Shown here: one piece after another, positions 39,146 through 48,853 of the stretch
Layout of the letters: each line of letters begins with the position of its first letter
Numbering within the stretch: the first letter of the stretch is position 1
NCBI GenBank assembly: GCA_045106895.1
Contig: JBGCFM010000097.1
Span: forward strand, 12,605 to 76,604
Source of the DNA: Polyangiales bacterium
Lineage (GTDB): Bacteria > Myxococcota_A > Polyangia > Polyangiales > Houyiibacteriaceae
Direction of reading: 5' to 3'
Length of the DNA: 64,000 bases
The notes under the pieces: model-generated
Databases searched by the model: none
The model's input: only the letters and a program-made list of their open reading frames with translations
What the model was told of the DNA's origin: nothing
Translations under genes and position numbers: made by a program

Positions 39146-40288
39146 CTAGGAGTCGCGTGAATAGACGCGGCGCGTCGAGGGCTTCATCGAAGGCAGGCGT
39201 CCTCCTCCTGAGTCGAACTGGCTCTTCGCCTCGTACCAAGGTTTGTTTGGCGGGATCGCGACGGCGCTCAAACAAGTGAGAACCACAATGAGGCTGAAGA
39301 TCCAGCTGAAGACGGGCAGCGTCGCTCGCCCTCCGAGACCCGACATCCAGGGATACCTGGGCACATGGATGTACGCCATCCTGTCGCCCTCCGTGACGAT
39401 GCCCCAGTCGTCCGAGCGTAGGCGGGTCGAATGATACGGGCCACTCGGGTCTTCGAAATTCACGCCCCAGCTCGGGCCCTTCTTTCCGTGAGAGGGTGAG
39501 TAGTACTTGCCAGACACGACGATGGTCGTGACCTCGCCCAACGCCAAACGCCCCATGAAGGGTCCGCACAGCGCAGCGACGAGGAGCACACTCGGAATCC
39601 AACCGAAGACGAGGCTCTTGAGGTAGCTATTGCCCACGCGCCGATGCTGGTCGCCGAGTCTCTCCGCCGTTAGGTGAAGGCGGGCGCCGTCGCTTTGGCG
39701 GAGAACCCAGGTCCGCGGCGCAGCCTCGCGGTAGTTCTCTGCACTCGCACCGGACCTCTCGCTGGTCAGCGCGCCACTCGCGATCACCATTTCACCGGCG
39801 CTTAGCTCCGCAATTCGAAAACGCTCGGTGGGCTTCTCATCGTGGACAAGGATGTCGAGCTTGTCGATGAGCTTCACGTCCGCCCCCGGCTCGACGCGCA
39901 CACGCTCGCCGCCGGGGAGTCGAATCCAGAAAGGGTTGCTCAGGGTTTTACGCTCCACCTCTGTCCATTTGTGAGAGACGCCGCCCTTGCGCTTCGTCTC
40001 TTTTCCAACCTGACGTATCTCCACGACGACGGCGAAGTCCGCGGCGTCGTCGAGTTCGACAACACCGCAAACGAAACCCTCCCCTTCTCGGAGCGCAGCC
40101 TCTGGGTCCAGAGCACGGTCTGCGGCGCGTCCCTTCTGGCGCCATTTGCGCGCTCGCGTGATAGCGATAGCCAGGGCGACGATGAGCAGCACGAGGAGCA
40201 GGCCCAGGAGCACCAAGGACATCAGCGGGCCCATATGATCCCTCGGTGCGATGTCGAGGGTAGCGTCCAAGACCGCGCTCGGTGTCAT
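39146..40288 (-). CDS. Membrane protein, paralog 1 of 41942-43075
   Basis: TM, VVVEIRQ...WTEVER...FWIRL..GERVRVEPG.DV.L.D.LDI...ERFRIAELSAGE; further TMs. Confidence 0.8.
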   Translation of the reverse strand: MTPSAVLDATLDIAPRDHMGPLMSLVLLGLLLVLLIVALAIAITRARKWRQKGRAADRALDPEAALREGEGFVCGVVELDDAADFAVVVEIRQVGKETKRKGGVSHKWTEVERKTLSNPFWIRLPGGERVRVEPGADVKLIDKLDILVHDEKPTERFRIAELSAGEMVIASGALTSERSGASAENYREAAPRTWVLRQSDGARLHLTAERLGDQHRRVGNSYLKSLVFGWIPSVLLVAALCGPFMGRLALGEVTTIVVSGKYYSPSHGKKGPSWGVNFEDPSGPYHSTRLRSDDWGIVTEGDRMAYIHVPRYPWMSGLGGRATLPVFSWIFSLIVVLTCLSAVAIPPNKPWYEAKSQFDSGGGRLPSMKPSTRRVYSRDS

Positions 40289-40425
40289 AGAAGCGGACCT
40301 CTCATGCACTCAAGAATGCAGCGCAAGCGTTCCGACGTCTACTCCGTCAAAGACGTCAGCAAGTCACGCTCCAGCTCGGCCCAGTCTCACAAAGACCCCG
40401 CTCCCACCAACTGCTATGAACGAGT

Positions 40426-41130
40426 GTGCCTACGACGGAATCTCTGAGCGCTCGCATCGACGGCTTGTTCTTCGGAAAGGTCACAACGCCGTGGGAAGGC
40501 AGAGCGCCTTCGGCCATCGCCAAGACAGCGCTGCCGGGAAAACACGAGATCAACGAGCTCGGGTTTGTCGCCGATGAACAAGCGGACCTTCGACACCACG
40601 GCGGCATCGAAAAAGCCATCCACCACTATCCGGCGGACCACTACAAAGACTGGATGAACGAAGGCGCGATGCCCGCCGGAACGAGGCCCGCTGCCTTCGG
40701 CGAAAACATCGCCACCTTTGGCATCACCGAGGAGCTTGTGTGCATCGGTGACACGCTCCGTTTGGGCAGCGCCCTCGTTCAGATCAGCCAAGGACGGCAA
40801 CCCTGCTGGAAGGTCAACGCGCACACGGCCAACCGAACGATGGCCGCTCTCTTTCAGAAGACCGGGCGCACCGGCTGGTACTACCGCGTCCTCGAGCCGG
40901 GCGTCGTCGCCGTCGGTGACGTCATCGCGCTTCTAGAGAGGCCCCAGCCGGAGTGGTCCGTAAAACGCGTGACGGCGGCTCGCCTCTCCCGACGCGTCTC
41001 CCAGGAAGACGCGGCCACTCTCAGCGTGATGCCCGAGCTCGCAGAAGGTTGGCGCGCGGCCTTTCTGAAGATGGCGGGTGGCGACAGGGACGAAGACACC
41101 AGCGCGCGCTTGAACGGCGTGATGGACTAA
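40426..41130 (+). CDS. yiiM: MOSC domain protein with 3-alpha domain (YiiM-like)
   Basis: HHGGIEKA, FGENI, CIGD, SQGRQPCWK, TGWYYRVLEPG. Confidence 0.9.
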   Translation: MPTTESLSARIDGLFFGKVTTPWEGRAPSAIAKTALPGKHEINELGFVADEQADLRHHGGIEKAIHHYPADHYKDWMNEGAMPAGTRPAAFGENIATFGITEELVCIGDTLRLGSALVQISQGRQPCWKVNAHTANRTMAALFQKTGRTGWYYRVLEPGVVAVGDVIALLERPQPEWSVKRVTAARLSRRVSQEDAATLSVMPELAEGWRAAFLKMAGGDRDEDTSARLNGVMD

Positions 41131-41237
41131 ACGCGTTCGCCGTCAGGGCACGTGTCTCCTTCATTAGCCGCATCGAAGGCGCGAGCATCAAAGACGTTGG
41201 GCGCGTTCGCATCGGCGCCTGCGTCCGCCGATGACTC

Positions 41238-41783
41238 CTAATCGCCCGTGGGTTGACTCGCAACACCGTGCTCAAGTGCGAGGGCCTCAAGGGCCGCCAT
41301 ATAGGGACGGGAGCGACGCTCAGCGAAGCCGTCGACGAGCAGGCCCACCCCACTGACCAAGACTAGGACGGCGCCGAGCCCGATCGCCCAGTCCGTCGGC
41401 ACGGCGAAGCGGAACACCAGTCCGCTCACGCCGATCACGCCGAAGATGACGAGCGCCACGTGGAAGTTCTGCACGACCTGCTGCATGCGTGGCACCTCCT
41501 CGGAGAGCATCGCGGCGGCATCGCTCCCAAAGCCGGCCTCAAGGGCGGCAACCTGATCGCCTGTTCGCGCGGCGACGGCAATGCCCGCGCCCACGTAGAC
41601 CAAACCCATGAGAACGGAGGGCACGAAGACGCCCCACATGAAGCCGCCCTGTTCTGTGCGCCATGCGCCGAACGCCATGGCCCAGAGGAGCAGCCCGACC
41701 GGGACTACGAAGAAAGCCGACTCGATCTTCTCGCCGCGAAAGTAGGTGTTCATGATTTCGACGAAGTCCATGGGCGCGCTCAT
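41238..41783 (-). CDS. Four-TM membrane protein
   Basis: YFRGEK...EEVPRM...DGFAERRSRPY; four hydrophobic segments. Confidence 0.75.
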   Translation of the reverse strand: MSAPMDFVEIMNTYFRGEKIESAFFVVPVGLLLWAMAFGAWRTEQGGFMWGVFVPSVLMGLVYVGAGIAVAARTGDQVAALEAGFGSDAAAMLSEEVPRMQQVVQNFHVALVIFGVIGVSGLVFRFAVPTDWAIGLGAVLVLVSGVGLLVDGFAERRSRPYMAALEALALEHGVASQPTGD

Positions 41784-41941
41784 AATGTGATGTTTCGATT
41801 CAAGGTCTTGGACCGTGAATTGTAGTCAAGATGACGACTCGGATGCTGGCCATTTGCGCCAAACGGCTATCCAACGGCGCCGCCGCCATAGGCGAAGCCA
41901 GCGTCGTAGTCGTAGACCACGAACCCTAATGCGTCTTACGA

Positions 41942-43075
41942 CTACGCTTCGGAGCCGCGAGACAGGACCTTGCGCGGCGAAGGCCTCGGCTTTGGGAGCT
42001 TGCCGCCTCCGGGCTCCTTGAGCTTGTTGACGCGATACCAATCCCTCTTCGGTGGTAAGAAGACGATCCCATAGGCGGCGAGCAGAAGAATAAGCGTCAC
42101 AAAGAACACGGCGATGGACTCCGTCGAACTCGCTCCAAGCTGTCCTGCGCCAGGCCAAGCGCGGACCTGCACGTAGGCGAGCTCGTCGCCCTCACGAATC
42201 GTAGACCAATCGTCCACCTCGACGACATCCCGGTGGTCCTCGCCGTCTACAACGTAGCTCACGTAGACCCGGCCTGCGTTTGATTCGCTCTGTGCCACGG
42301 GCACAACTGAGACAACGGGAACAGTGACGGACTCACCCAACGTTGTACGGGCGAGGTGCGGCGCGTAGAGCCACGTAACCAACGCCGCAAAAGGAAGCCA
42401 AGCGAAAGCCAAGCGGCGTAACAGGCGATTCGCGTCACGGCGATGAATCTTGCCCAGGGCGTCCGCGCTAAGATGGAGGCGCGAGGGCGTGTTCGGAACG
42501 AGGACCCAGGTCTTCTCGCCGGCCTCGCGGTAGTTGGACTCTTCAAGCGCGCGCCGCCTGAGCGTTCCCTTGGCGACAACACGTTCGCCGGCGGAGAGCT
42601 CCGCGATGCGAAAGCGCTCGCGCTCTTCGTCATGCACAACGATGTCGAGGCGGTCGACGAGTTCAACGTCCTGCCCGGGCTCGACGCGCACCCGCTCGCC
42701 GGACTCCAGCCGGATCCAAAACGCATGCGTAAAACAACGCCGTTCGACCTCGGTCCATGAGTGCTGGTAGCCGGCCTTCTTCCCTCTGTGGCGACCCCGG
42801 TATTGTGCGCCGCGCTGACGTATCTCGACGACCACTGCGTAGTCGGCGTCCTCTTCAAACTCGACCGTCCCCGCAACGAAACCCGGCCCCTCAATGAGGC
42901 CAGGCTGCTCTTCCGCCAGCGCGTCCGCCTCCCGCCCTTCTTTGCGCAAACGCCGAATCTGGGAGACGCACTTGGAGAACACCAGCCATAGAAGGACGAA
43001 GTCGATGAGCATGAGCACGGACGAGAGCAACATGCCGGTGTGCATCGGCAAGGTCAGTTCGTGGACGTCGAGCAC
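41942..43075 (-). CDS. Membrane protein, paralog 2 of 39146-40288
   Basis: GTG start overlapping upstream TAG; same motif blocks as paralog 1. Confidence 0.8.
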   Translation of the reverse strand: MLDVHELTLPMHTGMLLSSVLMLIDFVLLWLVFSKCVSQIRRLRKEGREADALAEEQPGLIEGPGFVAGTVEFEEDADYAVVVEIRQRGAQYRGRHRGKKAGYQHSWTEVERRCFTHAFWIRLESGERVRVEPGQDVELVDRLDIVVHDEERERFRIAELSAGERVVAKGTLRRRALEESNYREAGEKTWVLVPNTPSRLHLSADALGKIHRRDANRLLRRLAFAWLPFAALVTWLYAPHLARTTLGESVTVPVVSVVPVAQSESNAGRVYVSYVVDGEDHRDVVEVDDWSTIREGDELAYVQVRAWPGAGQLGASSTESIAVFFVTLILLLAAYGIVFLPPKRDWYRVNKLKEPGGGKLPKPRPSPRKVLSRGSEA

Positions 43076-43590
43076 TAGGGCTCCTCTGAGAGCGCAGCGA
43101 GCCCCGCGCCACAAAGACGATGCCAGCCATCGTAGGCAGGCCCCGCCGAAAGCGCCGCCTCGTAGCACACCTCGTAGGTCCGAATGGCTCGCTCACGCAG
43201 CGAAGACACCGGCTCCTTCACCGCCTCCGCGAGCGCCTCGCTCAAGTCCAAGTTGTCCAAGGAATCCGCGGTGTGACGGAGCAGCTCTGCGTGCAGCCCG
43301 GCGACAACCGCCGGGGCGTTGCTTTGACTGCGCGCGATCCGCCGGAGTCGCATCGCCAGCGCGATGAGCTCTGTGCGCTCTTGCATCCACGGCGTGTACA
43401 CGTCGCGCGCCCACACGTCCTCGGACCCGCGCGGCGGCCGAAGCGTGGCAAGCTCACGAGCGCTCTCATGAAGCTGGGCCAGCTCTTCGCTCGGCCCAAA
43501 AGGAATCGCCGGGAAGCCGTCCTCACTCGGCGCCGGCACCGCCGCGGGCTCCCCTGGGACTGCGCCGCAAGCCGCCAGAAGCAAACACAT
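43075..43590 (-). CDS. Helical lipoprotein
   Basis: LLAAC lipobox; ends YEVCYE...WHRLC; start uncertain. Confidence 0.6.
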   Translation of the reverse strand: MCLLLAACGAVPGEPAAVPAPSEDGFPAIPFGPSEELAQLHESARELATLRPPRGSEDVWARDVYTPWMQERTELIALAMRLRRIARSQSNAPAVVAGLHAELLRHTADSLDNLDLSEALAEAVKEPVSSLRERAIRTYEVCYEAALSAGPAYDGWHRLCGAGLAALSEEP

Positions 43591-43667
43591 CCCAAGTCTC
43601 GTCAAGCGGCCCACGAAGGAAGACTGCCGTGTGCTGGCGGTCACGTCTAGAATCGATAGACTCGGCC

Positions 43668-44138
43668 ATGGGCAAGCGAAAGAAAGAAGAAACAAAGCCG
43701 GCCGCGGGTACGACACCGCTTGCGCACAACCCCTTTGCCGCCTTGGCCCCCGCGACGAGCGTTTCCACCCCCGACGTTGAGCCGTCCCCCGCTCAAAAGT
43801 CGGCGAAGGAACCCAAAACGCCAAGACAGCCCGCACGGGAAAAGCAGACGCAGACGCAGAAGCAGCCGAAAGTCGCCGCGTCGGCGGAGGACGCAAAGAA
43901 CTGGGGCACAAAACTCGTGCTCTCGCGCGAGAAAAAGGGCCGCGGCGGCAAGACCGTCACGCGCATCACCGGCCTGCCGAAAGCGCGCCTCGAGATCGTC
44001 GCCAAGAAGATGAAAAAGTCCCTCGGCTGCGGCGCCTCCGTCGACGGAGACGATGTGCTTCTCCACGGAACGCTCACGGATCGCGGCGCCGAGTGGTTGA
44101 GCGCTCAAGGCGCCAAGCGCGTCATCGTCGGAAACTAG
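43668..44138 (+). CDS. yciH: Translation initiation factor SUI1/YciH family
   Basis: HNPFAAL, REKKGRGGKTVT, KKSLGCGASV. Confidence 0.9.
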   Translation: MGKRKKEETKPAAGTTPLAHNPFAALAPATSVSTPDVEPSPAQKSAKEPKTPRQPAREKQTQTQKQPKVAASAEDAKNWGTKLVLSREKKGRGGKTVTRITGLPKARLEIVAKKMKKSLGCGASVDGDDVLLHGTLTDRGAEWLSAQGAKRVIVGN

Positions 44139-44166
44139 CGGGCGCGTTTCAGCACTCGCTCCCGCA

Positions 44167-44796
44167 CTAGCGGGAGTGGAGTGGATCCATCTCGCTCCGG
44201 AACTTGCTCCGTTGCATCACGCGTACGTCCTCTGGCACTTTCAAGCCTGTCGGGTTCGCTGTGGAATCTCCCGCCCACCAAAGCGCGATGTCCGGTGACA
44301 CAAGCCGAAACCACTGACGCCAGCCCTTCACTTCGACGGGCAGCGACTCGTGGGGCGTTCGATCCGTCATCCAGTAGAGCTCGCCGGGTTCCATGATCGT
44401 GGCGGTACCCTCCGGCTCGCGCGTGAGCGCGCCATAGAGCGAAATCGAATCGGTCATCTCGTCCCAAATGCGACAGCGCCCATCCGTGCTCGCCTGGTAG
44501 ATGCCACTCTTCCCGTTCCACTCGGCCCCGCCCCAGTTGCCAAACGGCGTCGCCTCGGTGTGCACGCCAGGTCGTCGCAGACTCTCGCCAATCTTCAGCT
44601 GGGCCTCGTGAATGCTCACGTAGCAGACCTCGTCCGCGGGAAACTCGCAGAGATCCAGGATCGACTTATACGCGACGCAACCCTTCGTCCACGTCGATGC
44701 GTCCCCAAGCTTCAGCGGCATCATGTTGATGTCGATGCCGGTTGGCTCCGGAAAGCTCACGCTCCCGACGTGGCGAAAGGCCCTCGTTTCATCCAT
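44167..44796 (-). CDS. Putative 2OG-Fe(II) dioxygenase-like protein
   Basis: RRPGVHTE (HxE), TPHESLP (distal H), RQWFRL. Confidence 0.6.
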   Translation of the reverse strand: MDETRAFRHVGSVSFPEPTGIDINMMPLKLGDASTWTKGCVAYKSILDLCEFPADEVCYVSIHEAQLKIGESLRRPGVHTEATPFGNWGGAEWNGKSGIYQASTDGRCRIWDEMTDSISLYGALTREPEGTATIMEPGELYWMTDRTPHESLPVEVKGWRQWFRLVSPDIALWWAGDSTANPTGLKVPEDVRVMQRSKFRSEMDPLHSR

Positions 44797-44838
44797 TCCC
44801 CCAGTATAGAGCAATACAAAAGCTGGTACACCCAGCCC

Positions 44839-46746
44839 ATGTTCAACACGGACTCACTTCTCGCTCTGCGCCGCGTTCAACGCATGGACATCTCCACGGA
44901 CGGCGGCCTCATCGCCGAAGTGGCCCGCGTCGCGCGTGATGAATCCAAGTTCGTCACGGACCTCTGGCACGTTCCGGCAGACGGCGCTCCGGCGTCACGG
45001 CTCACCGGCGGAGAGCACAGCGACGGCGCGCCAAAGTGCACCAGCGACGGCAGCGTTCTCTTTCTCTCCTCCCGCCCGCTGCCTTCACGCAACGACAACA
45101 AAGTGCCGCAGCTCTGGCGCTTGCCTGCACACGGCGAACCACAAGCGCTCACGGACGAAGCCCAAGGGGTCAGCGCTTTCTCCGCGAGCGATTGCGGACA
45201 GCACATCGTCATCGCGGCGGCGCGCTATCCAGGCGTCAAGGACCAGCATGCCCATCACGCGCAGCTCGCTAAAGCCGGGCCTTCCATGCGCCACTACAAA
45301 TCGATGCCTGTTCGCCACTGGGACCACTGGCGTGGCGCACCGGTTCACCTCTTTCTCGTCGCAGACGGCCGCGACCTCACGCCGAACGCGCCACTCGAGC
45401 ATAGCGAGCTGCCCTTCAAGGTCTCGCCAGACGGCGGCACCCTCGTCGCCGTTCGCGCTCACAATCTCGGGCGCATGCGCTACGACTCGCTCTGGGTTTG
45501 CGACCTAGAAACCCGCAACGAACGTGTCCTAGAGTTCGAAGACACGCGGTTTACAGACCTGGTCTTTCATCCGTCCAGGGCTCAAGTCGCCGCTGCGCTC
45601 TACGTCGGACGAGAGGGCGCCCTCGAAGAACGCTACGCCGCCGTCGTCGACCTCGCCGATGGCGCCACCACGCGCTTCGCGCCGGGACTCGACCGCTCCC
45701 CTCTTCCTCTGGTTTGGCGCGACGAGGACACACTCATCGCCGCGGCGGATGATGAATCCCAGCGGCCGCTCTTCGCGCTCTCCATGGGCGGCGGTGTCGA
45801 GCGTGTCGCCGAAGGACACTTCCTCTCTGCATGTGTTCACGATGGCGGCCTCTTCGGGCTGGTCTCGTCCATGAAGAGCCCGCCGACGATCGGCCGAATC
45901 TCGAGGGGCGAGGTCACCCGTCTCGCGGACCTCTCAGGCATCGCCGACGTCGAGGCGCCGAACTTTCGCGTCGAAGACGTGCGCGTCGACCTCAGCGATG
46001 GAGAGTCCATGCAAGGCCTAGTCGCATGGCCCCAGGGCTCCGGCCCCCACCCACTCTTGCTCTGGATTCACGGCGGCCCCATCGGGCAGTTTGCCGATCA
46101 GTGGCACTGGCGCTGGAACGTGGCGCCCTTTGTCGCCGCGGGCTTCGCCGTCGCCATCCCCAACGCGCGCGGCAGCACCGGCCGCGGAGACGCTTTCATG
46201 TCCGCCATCTATCGCGACTGGGGCGGACGCGTTCACCAAGACCTCATCGAGTTCGCCGCCTCCCTCTGCGAACGCGACACCATCGACGGCGCCTTCGCGA
46301 TGGGCGGGTCTTTTGGCGGCTACATGACCAACTGGATCGGCGCGAACCCCGATCCCCGCATCACCTTCAAAGCGCTCGTCACCCACGCGTCGCTCTACGA
46401 CCTTCGCGCGTTCTACGGCGCCACCGACTACCCTGCGGTGTTCGGTGACTTCATCGGCGGCACCCCCTGGGGCAAGAATGAAGGAGAGAGCGACCTCGAA
46501 GCCCACTCCCCTCATTCGAACATCAGCCAGTGGAAGGCCCCAACGCTGGTCCTTCATGGCGAGAAGGACTACCGAGTTCCCATCGGCGAAGGTCTCGCCC
46601 TCTTCGAAGCGCTCCAGGCGCACAACATCGAGAGCGAGCTGGCGGTGTTCCCAGACGAAGGCCACTGGATCACGCGTCCGCGCAACGTGCGCGCCTGGTA
46701 CGAGACCGTCTTGGCGTTTCTTGAGAAGCACCGGGGCGCGTATTAG
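44839..46746 (+). CDS. S9 family peptidase (acylaminoacyl/dipeptidyl peptidase)
   Basis: Propeller, IHGGP, GGSFGG, HGEKDYRVP, PDEGHW. Confidence 0.94.
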   Translation: MFNTDSLLALRRVQRMDISTDGGLIAEVARVARDESKFVTDLWHVPADGAPASRLTGGEHSDGAPKCTSDGSVLFLSSRPLPSRNDNKVPQLWRLPAHGEPQALTDEAQGVSAFSASDCGQHIVIAAARYPGVKDQHAHHAQLAKAGPSMRHYKSMPVRHWDHWRGAPVHLFLVADGRDLTPNAPLEHSELPFKVSPDGGTLVAVRAHNLGRMRYDSLWVCDLETRNERVLEFEDTRFTDLVFHPSRAQVAAALYVGREGALEERYAAVVDLADGATTRFAPGLDRSPLPLVWRDEDTLIAAADDESQRPLFALSMGGGVERVAEGHFLSACVHDGGLFGLVSSMKSPPTIGRISRGEVTRLADLSGIADVEAPNFRVEDVRVDLSDGESMQGLVAWPQGSGPHPLLLWIHGGPIGQFADQWHWRWNVAPFVAAGFAVAIPNARGSTGRGDAFMSAIYRDWGGRVHQDLIEFAASLCERDTIDGAFAMGGSFGGYMTNWIGANPDPRITFKALVTHASLYDLRAFYGATDYPAVFGDFIGGTPWGKNEGESDLEAHSPHSNISQWKAPTLVLHGEKDYRVPIGEGLALFEALQAHNIESELAVFPDEGHWITRPRNVRAWYETVLAFLEKHRGAY

Positions 46747-46854
46747 GCGGCCCACGGCGCCCGCTAGAATACCGCAGACACTATTCGTTATTATCGATGC
46801 TTTTGTGCGCAGCATCGCCCTTGCCGATACAAACGGCGAGCCCATAGTTCGTAT

Positions 46855-47310
46855 ATGGGACAAACGAACCAGCTGACACTCCAAGACCGATGGGCGATCT
46901 ACGAGACCTCTGTGGTCCTCGCGTGGGCGGATGGCCGCCTCAGCGCAGAGGAGGTCCAGGCGGCACGCGTCGTCGCTGAAGAACTCTCCTTGAACGGGCC
47001 CTTCTCCCTCGCGGGCGCAACGCTTCGCCTCATGCCGACGGACATTCCGGACGTGCCCGAGGAGATCGCAGACCTGGCCTACGCGACGGCCGTCTGGATG
47101 GCATACGCCGATGGTCTTCATCGACGCGAGTCCATTTTCCTCGCTCGACTACAGCGCCGCCTCGGCATCGACAGCCAAACAGCGGCGCAGACGATGCGAC
47201 ACGTCCGCCAGCTCCATGAGCGCCACTCTCGACGAGACAGCCTTCGAGCGCTCCACGCCCAAACACGACTTCCCGTGAGCGTCACCCGGCCACAAAGGCC
47301 TTCCCTATGA
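46855..47310 (+). CDS. TerB-like protein
   Basis: LAWADGRLSAEE and MAYADG..RE..FL..L..RLGI. Confidence 0.75.
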   Translation: MGQTNQLTLQDRWAIYETSVVLAWADGRLSAEEVQAARVVAEELSLNGPFSLAGATLRLMPTDIPDVPEEIADLAYATAVWMAYADGLHRRESIFLARLQRRLGIDSQTAAQTMRHVRQLHERHSRRDSLRALHAQTRLPVSVTRPQRPSL

Positions 47311-47867
47311 CCCATCGAACTTTGCCAGTTCTGTCTGCCTTCTTTCTGGTCGCGTGCGTCTCGCAGACACAGACAGGCCATGAGTCCGCCCTCGACGTGC
47401 ACTCTTCTCTTCGAAGCTACGCCGTCCTCGACCACGCGGTGGGTCAGCGAGCTTCCATCGATGACCAGCTCGAGGCCGCCATCCACGAACGGCTCGGGGA
47501 GCTCGAATATGAGCGCGTGCCGGCGGCGGAGGCGGACCTCCTCGTCAGCTACAAACTGCTCCTATCCGATGAGCGCCACGTCGCCGTCGCGCCTCTGCAG
47601 GAGCCTCTCCTCGCCCCTGTCGGTGACGTCGGGAACTTCGGAGGCGCCCAGGTGTTCGTCGAGCACGTTCACATGGATGAGGCTCAAGAGTTGAACCAGG
47701 CCTCTCAGGAAAAGGTCCTCTTGGTGCTCGTTCAAGAGCGCAGAACGATGCGAACTCTCTGGCTAGGCTGGGCAAGCGGTCGTGTCGACAGCGAAGACAT
47801 CGACTCGCGCACGCTCAGCGCGCTCTCCGAAGTGATGACGCGACTTCCCCCGGCAGGCTCGAACTAG
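47307..47867 (+). CDS. DUF4136-like lipoprotein
   Basis: LVAC lipobox, ADLLVSY, LWLGWA; ATGA overlap. Confidence 0.7.
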   Translation: MTHRTLPVLSAFFLVACVSQTQTGHESALDVHSSLRSYAVLDHAVGQRASIDDQLEAAIHERLGELEYERVPAAEADLLVSYKLLLSDERHVAVAPLQEPLLAPVGDVGNFGGAQVFVEHVHMDEAQELNQASQEKVLLVLVQERRTMRTLWLGWASGRVDSEDIDSRTLSALSEVMTRLPPAGSN

Positions 47868-47877
47868 CGAGTGACGA

Positions 47878-48444
47878 CTAACGGGGGAGAGCACAGACGC
47901 AGCTGAAGCCGGCGAAGCCGCTGATACACATCTCCGTGTCGCCACACTCCTCTTCACTCCCGCACATGCATCGTTCACCGCTGCATGTGCTGGCGCGCGC
48001 GCAACGACCGTCCGCCGGCACGCACTGAGCAACGGCGGTACCTCCACCATTTTCGCTTGCCCACATGTTGCAGATCTGCATTCCGATTCCGTCGCATACG
48101 CCGGCGATACGATCTTCAATGCGGGTGTCGCAGCTGCTCCCGCTATCGACGCCAACATCCGGCGCGCCAACATCCGGCGCGCCAACGTCTGGCTCGCCGG
48201 CGTCTGGTCCCCCGGCATCCGACGCAGCGTCTGGAGCCGTCGCGTCGGTCCCAGCATCACGCGCTCCGGCGTCTTGGGCGGCCGCATCCATCGCAACGGC
48301 TCCATCCGCGGACACGGCATCGGGAGCGGACGTGTCCGTCGAGCCGGCGTCCAACGGGGCCCCGGCGTCCGCGGAACTGTCGTCGTCTCCGCAGCCAACA
48401 ACGAGAGCGAAGGAAAGGCAAAGCACGGCGCGCGGGAAGGTCAT
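47878..48444 (-). CDS. Cys-rich lipoprotein with long DAG linker
   Basis: VVGC lipobox; DAG/PDVGA repeats; Cys-rich C-domain. Confidence 0.75.
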   Translation of the reverse strand: MTFPRAVLCLSFALVVGCGDDDSSADAGAPLDAGSTDTSAPDAVSADGAVAMDAAAQDAGARDAGTDATAPDAASDAGGPDAGEPDVGAPDVGAPDVGVDSGSSCDTRIEDRIAGVCDGIGMQICNMWASENGGGTAVAQCVPADGRCARASTCSGERCMCGSEEECGDTEMCISGFAGFSCVCALPR

Positions 48445-48539
48445 GCCGGACTCTACCAGAGTACACCTCGCCAAACGCCCTCGCCGCAACGCTCATCGCC
48501 AGGTCGACAGCGGCTCGTGGAAACTCGTAGGCTGGCGCT

Positions 48540-48716
48540 ATGCAGAAGATCTTTCGGCCCTCGGTACTTTTCCCTCTCGGCTTTCTCGGTGGACTCGCGA
48601 GCGTGTTCTTGGCCGGCGCGGAGAACGAAGACGCCGCAGCGTTCATCGCCCTTGGGTTTGTGGCTGGCTCGTGCATTATCGCCGCAGCGATCCTGAGCCT
48701 TCGGCCGCAGCCCTGA
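48540..48716 (+). CDS. 58-aa two-TM small protein (absent from ORF track)
   Basis: MQKIFRPSVLFPLGFLGGLASVFLAGAENEDAAAFIALGFVAGSCIIAAAILSLRPQP*. Confidence 0.65.
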   Translation: MQKIFRPSVLFPLGFLGGLASVFLAGAENEDAAAFIALGFVAGSCIIAAAILSLRPQP

Positions 48717-48772
48717 ACCCCTTCGCCCCGCTAAGCAAACGGCTAGCCTCGAGGTGCTCGGCTGTGGCTTCC

Positions 48773-48799
48773 ACGCGAATAGGACGCGAATAGGACGCG
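48773..48799. repeat. 11-bp direct repeat x2.5
   Basis: ACGCGAATAGG ACGCGAATAGG ACGCG. Confidence 0.85.
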
Positions 48800-48853
48800 C
48801 ATCGAAGTGCAAAAGACCTTCAAGATTCGCACTGGCCGCCGGTTGTCTGTTTT

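Noticed and set aside
44350..44838. N-terminal extension of the S9 peptidase ORF
   Set aside because: Antisense to the 44167-44796 gene; peptidase-like sequence starts at 44839.
46795..46817. CGATGCT-N9-AGCATCG inverted repeat before the TerB-like gene
   Set aside because: Only 7-bp arms and no linked regulator; insufficient support.
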